Below are positions 60,156 to 64,000 of a stretch of DNA of 64,000 nt, piece after piece. Location: contig CAWEWF010000014.1 of assembly GCA_963812605.1 (NCBI GenBank), positions 288,001 to 352,000 on the forward strand, written 5' to 3'. The position numbers and the translations under genes were made by a program. The first letter of the stretch is position 1, and the number at the start of each line of letters is the position of its first letter. Origin of the DNA: an uncultured Verrucomicrobiae bacterium (GTDB lineage Bacteria > Verrucomicrobiota > Verrucomicrobiia > Palsa-1439). The notes beneath the pieces are model-generated. The model made no database searches and was not told the origin of the DNA. It was given only the letters and a program-made list of their open reading frames with translations.

Positions 60156-60861
60156 TTATTTCCGCTTTAGGAAACAGAGCGAGAGCAGACAGCCGAAGCC
60201 CATCCCGACAAGTCCGAGGGTGCCGGGTTCCGGGACAATCGTGGCGGAAAGACCGGTGGTGTCTTCATTGGGATTGCCATCGCTACTGCCGACCACAAAA
60301 TCAATGGTATCCCCCGCAAGGACGCTCTGAAGCCCCGAAAAGGACGCTGGGGCCGGGCTGCCGATCACGGTCGAATTGAACAGCGAAGTGCCATCGTAGA
60401 GAATATGCACATCCGCGGAATCACCGCGCGCGCTGAGGCCGGAAAAGGTGGCGGCAATCGTAAACGTCCCCGAGGCGGGCGCCGTCCAGCGGACAATACC
60501 GACCTCATTGCTGTCACCGGATTGCAGGGCCAGCTGTCCGGGTTGATAGGTCGTTGCGACATAGGTCACCGGGTTGGAACGTCCCGTTATGCAGTACGTA
60601 GGGGATGAACGAACCGCTTTCGTTGCCCAACCAGCCGCTCAGGGGCGTGGAACTGAAGGCCAATGAATTTGTAACATCCAGATGAAAGGCCCCGCCGACA
60701 CCATACGACCAGCCGTAGCTCCACGCGCCATTGGGGTTGCTGGTGGCGGAAAAATCCCCGGCAGCATTGAAGGCCGATGCGGTTCGTGGCAGGGCGAGCA
60801 CACCGAGGCTGAGCAGGGTTGCGAAGGTTGAGATGAGCGAGGACTTTTTGAATGTTGTCAT
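60156..60861 (-). CDS. PEP-CTERM protein, frame break near 60580
   Basis: Signal peptide, DFSATSNPNGAWSYG, VRWTAP, VPEP + TM + KRK. Confidence 0.85.
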
Positions 60862-60926
60862 GGCAGTTTTCTTTTGGAGTTTGGATCTACGGGTGATTGG
60901 TTTGTTATGAAGTTCTTTTTTTGAAG

Positions 60927-61625
60927 TTATTTCCGCTTCAGGAAATGAAACGAGAGCAGGCTGGCCAGACTCATGGCGAGCAGGCTCAAAGTGGTTGGTT
61001 CCGGCACGATCGTGGCGGACAGAGCGGTAGAATCTTCTTCCGGGCCATTGCCTCCATTCCCGACCGCAAAGTCAATGGTGTCTCCGACCGTAACATTCTG
61101 CAGTCCCGTATAATTCGTCGAGCTATGATCCAGGGTTGCAGCAAATATCGTGGAACCATCGAGCAGGATATGGACATCCACGGAATTGCCCAAGGAACTG
61201 AGGCCGGAAAACGCGGCCCCAATCGTGAATGCGCCCGAGGAGGGGGCCGTCCAGCGGACGATACAGTACTGGTTGCTTTCGCCGGGTTGTTCGGCGAGTT
61301 GCCCGGGTTGATAGGTCGTGGATGAGAGGGTGATCGGATTCGCCGTCCCATTGTACAGGATGTACGGAATGCCATCGGGGTGCTGGTCGCCCAACCAACC
61401 ACTGAGGCTGGTGCCGGAGTATGCCGTTGTATTGCTCGTATCCGGAGTAAAGGCCGAGCCGAGACCCAACGACCAGCCATAGCTCCACGCGCCATTGGGG
61501 TTACTGGCGGTGGAAAAGTCGCCGGCGGCGCTGAAGGCCGATGCGGTCTGTGGCAGGGCGAGCACAACGAGACTGAGCAATGTTGCGAAGGTTGAGAGGA
61601 GTGCGGATTTCCTGGATGTTGTCAT
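60927..61625 (-). CDS. PEP-CTERM protein, tandem paralogue of the preceding gene
   Basis: MTTSRKS signal peptide, DFSTASNPNGAWSYG, VRWTAP, GDTIDFAVG, VPEP + TM + KRK. Confidence 0.88.
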   Translation of the reverse strand: MTTSRKSALLSTFATLLSLVVLALPQTASAFSAAGDFSTASNPNGAWSYGWSLGLGSAFTPDTSNTTAYSGTSLSGWLGDQHPDGIPYILYNGTANPITLSSTTYQPGQLAEQPGESNQYCIVRWTAPSSGAFTIGAAFSGLSSLGNSVDVHILLDGSTIFAATLDHSSTNYTGLQNVTVGDTIDFAVGNGGNGPEEDSTALSATIVPEPTTLSLLAMSLASLLSFHFLKRK

Positions 61626-62049
61626 GACGGAACTTCCTTTTCTGCCCCGAAAGCCTTCGGGGCGTCTGGTTGGTTTGTGTTTCTGCCTGGTGGCTTGCGT
61701 TGCCCTCGCGGGAACACAGGCCACAATTTCGAAAGAGTAGTGACGTATGCATAGACCTCGTGCCGCCGATCTGTAACCACGCCCGGTTGCTGAATGCGGG
61801 TAATTAGTTGGCTGCGGAGTGAGGTAAAGAAAGATTCGGCGGGAGGGAACGTAATCTAACAAGCCATCAGCGGAAACCGGCCCGCAAGGATACAGATGCT
61901 CGCCTCGCCCATTTCATCGAACCCTCACCACCACACAACGGAATCACGACTCGCAATCGCAGTTCCGAAGGGCAGTAGGACACTCGCCGGGAGGCAAAGT
62001 CAATCAAATTGGGCGCGGGATTCGGCGAAGGGTGTCGAGCGAAACAAAA

Positions 62050-63228
62050 TCAGGACGATGGTAGGAAGGTCACGCAAACAGGGACTGGCACTTCAAGGGC
62101 CTGGCCGGTGGGTGTGAGGCGGCCAGTTTTGGGATCGATGCGGAAAACGATGATGTTGTTCGATTCCTGATTGGCAGCCAGCAGGAAGTTGCCGGTCGGG
62201 TCGATCCCAAAAGATCGCGGGGTTTTGCCCAGCGTCGATTGGTGCTCGAGAAGAGTCAGTTTACCGGTGCTTTCATCCACAGCATAAACGACGAGGCTGT
62301 CGTGCCCGCGATTCGAGCCGTAGAGGAATTTGCCGCTGGGGTGGATGGCGATCTCGGCTGCGGTGTTCGGAGCCGCAAAGTTTTCGGGCAGGGTGGAGAC
62401 GGTCTGCGATTCTTTGAGAATGCCATGCGACGCGTCATAATCGAAGGCGCTGATGGTGTTATTTAATTCGTTGATGACGTACAGATGGCGGCCATCGGGG
62501 TGGACCGCGAAATGGCGGGGACCGGCACCGGGAGCGAGCGAAGCAAAGGGCGGATCGTTGGGAGTGAGCGCGGCTGTTGTCGGTTCCAGCTGGTAGATGA
62601 AAATTTTGTCCAGTCCGAGATCGGCACAGAAGGCGCGGCGATTAGCGACATCGAATGCAACCGAGTGCGCATGTGGACCTGCTTGTCGTTTCGGATTGAA
62701 GCCGGAACCGTGGTGCTGGAGCAAGGCGGTCACGGCGCCCAGCGAACCATCCGCCCGAATCGGGAACGCGGCCACGCTGCCGCTGCCATAATGTGCCGCG
62801 AGAACACATTGGCCCGATCCGTCCACTGCGAGGTGACAAGGACCTTGACCGCCGGAGTTTTGTTGGTTCAGCAGCGCCAGTTTTCCCGTCACCGGCTCGA
62901 TCGAAAAAGCGTTGACCGCGCCGTTGGACGTGCCGTTAAATCCACCATTCTCACGGACGGCGTAGAGGAAACGATGGTTGGGATGAATGGCCAGGAACGC
63001 GGGATCGGTTGTTTCCGCAGCGACCTCGAGTGAAGACAACGTGCCCGTGGCGACATTTAAGCGGCACATATAAATGCCTTTGCTCTTCGCGCTGGCACGC
63101 GTCCCGATATAGACGAGGCATTCTCCGTGGTCGGCAGATGATTGACTGGTTTCAAGCCCCAAGGCGACTCCGGCGGTTAGATTCATAAGCAAGAGCAGGG
63201 TGCGAACGAGAGAGAAGTTCCGGGACAT
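62050..63228 (-). CDS. Lactonase family beta-propeller (6-phosphogluconolactonase-like)
   Basis: VYIGT, PCHL, RQAGPHAHS, ADLGLD, GAGPRH, SNRGHDS, TPRSF; start uncertain. Confidence 0.87.
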   Translation of the reverse strand: MSRNFSLVRTLLLLMNLTAGVALGLETSQSSADHGECLVYIGTRASAKSKGIYMCRLNVATGTLSSLEVAAETTDPAFLAIHPNHRFLYAVRENGGFNGTSNGAVNAFSIEPVTGKLALLNQQNSGGQGPCHLAVDGSGQCVLAAHYGSGSVAAFPIRADGSLGAVTALLQHHGSGFNPKRQAGPHAHSVAFDVANRRAFCADLGLDKIFIYQLEPTTAALTPNDPPFASLAPGAGPRHFAVHPDGRHLYVINELNNTISAFDYDASHGILKESQTVSTLPENFAAPNTAAEIAIHPSGKFLYGSNRGHDSLVVYAVDESTGKLTLLEHQSTLGKTPRSFGIDPTGNFLLAANQESNNIIVFRIDPKTGRLTPTGQALEVPVPVCVTFLPSS

Positions 63229-63577
63229 GAGGGCGAAGAGTAAGAACAATCGTCGTAGAAATCGACCAAAAATTACTGAGCTTGGCGATCGGGAAGTTCG
63301 GCAAGCGACTGAGCAACGGTCGCTTCCTGCGCGAACATTATCGTTGAGCGAGGGGAGAATTGTTGCAATGATTCGGTGCGATCCCTGATGCCTGTCTCCA
63401 TGATAAAAAAAACGAACTGACCCCTTTCCGATGGAAATCTGACCGCTACATGCTGGCGTCGTGGCAATTTGTTATCGATCAAGCTCGAGCGCTGTCACCA
63501 CGGTTTGCCAAGAGGTATGACAGTTTGCCGAAGGCATGGCTTGTCGCAAAGTTTTGAGGAACAGCGCGGGCTTCGCT

Positions 63578-64000
63578 TCAAATACGCTTGCGTCTACTAA
63601 ATCCCCACAGCGCTACGACAGCCAAGGTGGCCAGCGTCAGCGAAGAAGGCTCGGGAACGAATTCTAGTGTAAGATTATCCATGGCAAACTGTTCCCCACT
63701 ACCGCTCGTAAACCCCGCGCTTTGACCGCCAAACGAATTGAACCTTAAACGATCAATGTCCAGATAATTGAAAGTGAACAGAGTTGGGCTTGTCGCGCTG
63801 GCGACGACTGTTGTATTGTAGAGCAGCGTCGCTCCGCTGAATCCCTGTACTTGGATATTCAGGTTGCTGTTCCAAGCGCCGGTGAGATATGCGCTCAAGA
63901 AGTCAAAATTCGTGCTAATGGCATCCATTTCAGCAATATGGACACCGTCGTTAAAGGCTACGTTGGAAGCCGAGACCGTTCCATAGTAATAACCCATTGG
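63578..64000 (-). CDS. PEP-CTERM protein, C-terminal part (runs off the window)
   Basis: GTVSASNVAFN...FAMDNL...VPEP + TM + RRKR. Confidence 0.85.
   Translation of the reverse strand, partial: PMGYYYGTVSASNVAFNDGVHIAEMDAISTNFDFLSAYLTGAWNSNLNIQVQGFSGATLLYNTTVVASATSPTLFTFNYLDIDRLRFNSFGGQSAGFTSGSGEQFAMDNLTLEFVPEPSSLTLATLAVVALWGFSRRKRI

Noticed and set aside
848-60580. About 14 frame breaks (pilC, two Amuc-like genes, pepA, GT2s, epimerase, ThDP enzyme, GT39, argG, peroxidase, PEP-CTERM) as programmed frameshifting, phase variation or pseudogenisation
   Set aside because: Those checked are single extra bases in varied contexts, hit housekeeping genes and come with no other decay or slippery motif. 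Long-read consensus error is the simplest cause; raw reads would settle it.
1-64000. Many long antisense or alternate-frame ORFs (e.g. 7530..8663, 14932..15921, 33814..34794, 39487..40701)
   Set aside because: Shadow ORFs expected in high-GC DNA; they overlap well-supported genes and show no motifs.

Overview
A ~60% GC bacterial window, probably from Verrucomicrobiota, judged from an Akkermansia Amuc_1098-1102-type pilus operon and four PEP-CTERM genes. Family names come from motifs and remembered sequences, not from database searches. Layout: (1) 1-9.8 kb has pilB-pilC converging on the Amuc-type operon, with a stand-alone 5'-3' nuclease between them. (2) 9.9-15.2 kb has a DUF1570 zincin, a stand-alone subtilisin prodomain, and a defence islet with a KpnI-like HNH restriction enzyme, a DPWY-motif methyltransferase and relics of older R-M genes. 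(3) 15.2-26.2 kb has purC carrying two different palindromic repeats in frame, pepA, a hybrid kinase, an outer-membrane phospholipase, an SDR and an ECF sigma factor with a multi-TM tail. (4) 26.3-28.2 kb is an inverted-repeat-bounded cassette with a Panacea antitoxin/toxin pair and an IS1-type transposase relic. (5) 28.3-58.2 kb is a ~30 kb modular extracytoplasmic glycosylation locus: 4 polyprenol-P GT2 loaders, 5 GT-C-type membrane transferases, 4 class I methyltransferases, enzymes for C-methyl and branched dideoxy sugars, and two uncharacterised 3-TM/winged-helix paralogues, with no Wzx/Wzy/ABC/GtrA visible. (6) 58.3-64 kb has argG, a glutathione peroxidase, tandem PEP-CTERM genes and a lactonase. 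About 14 frame breaks in otherwise intact genes (single extra bases where checked) look like long-read consensus errors. No rRNA, tRNA or CRISPR array was recognised.
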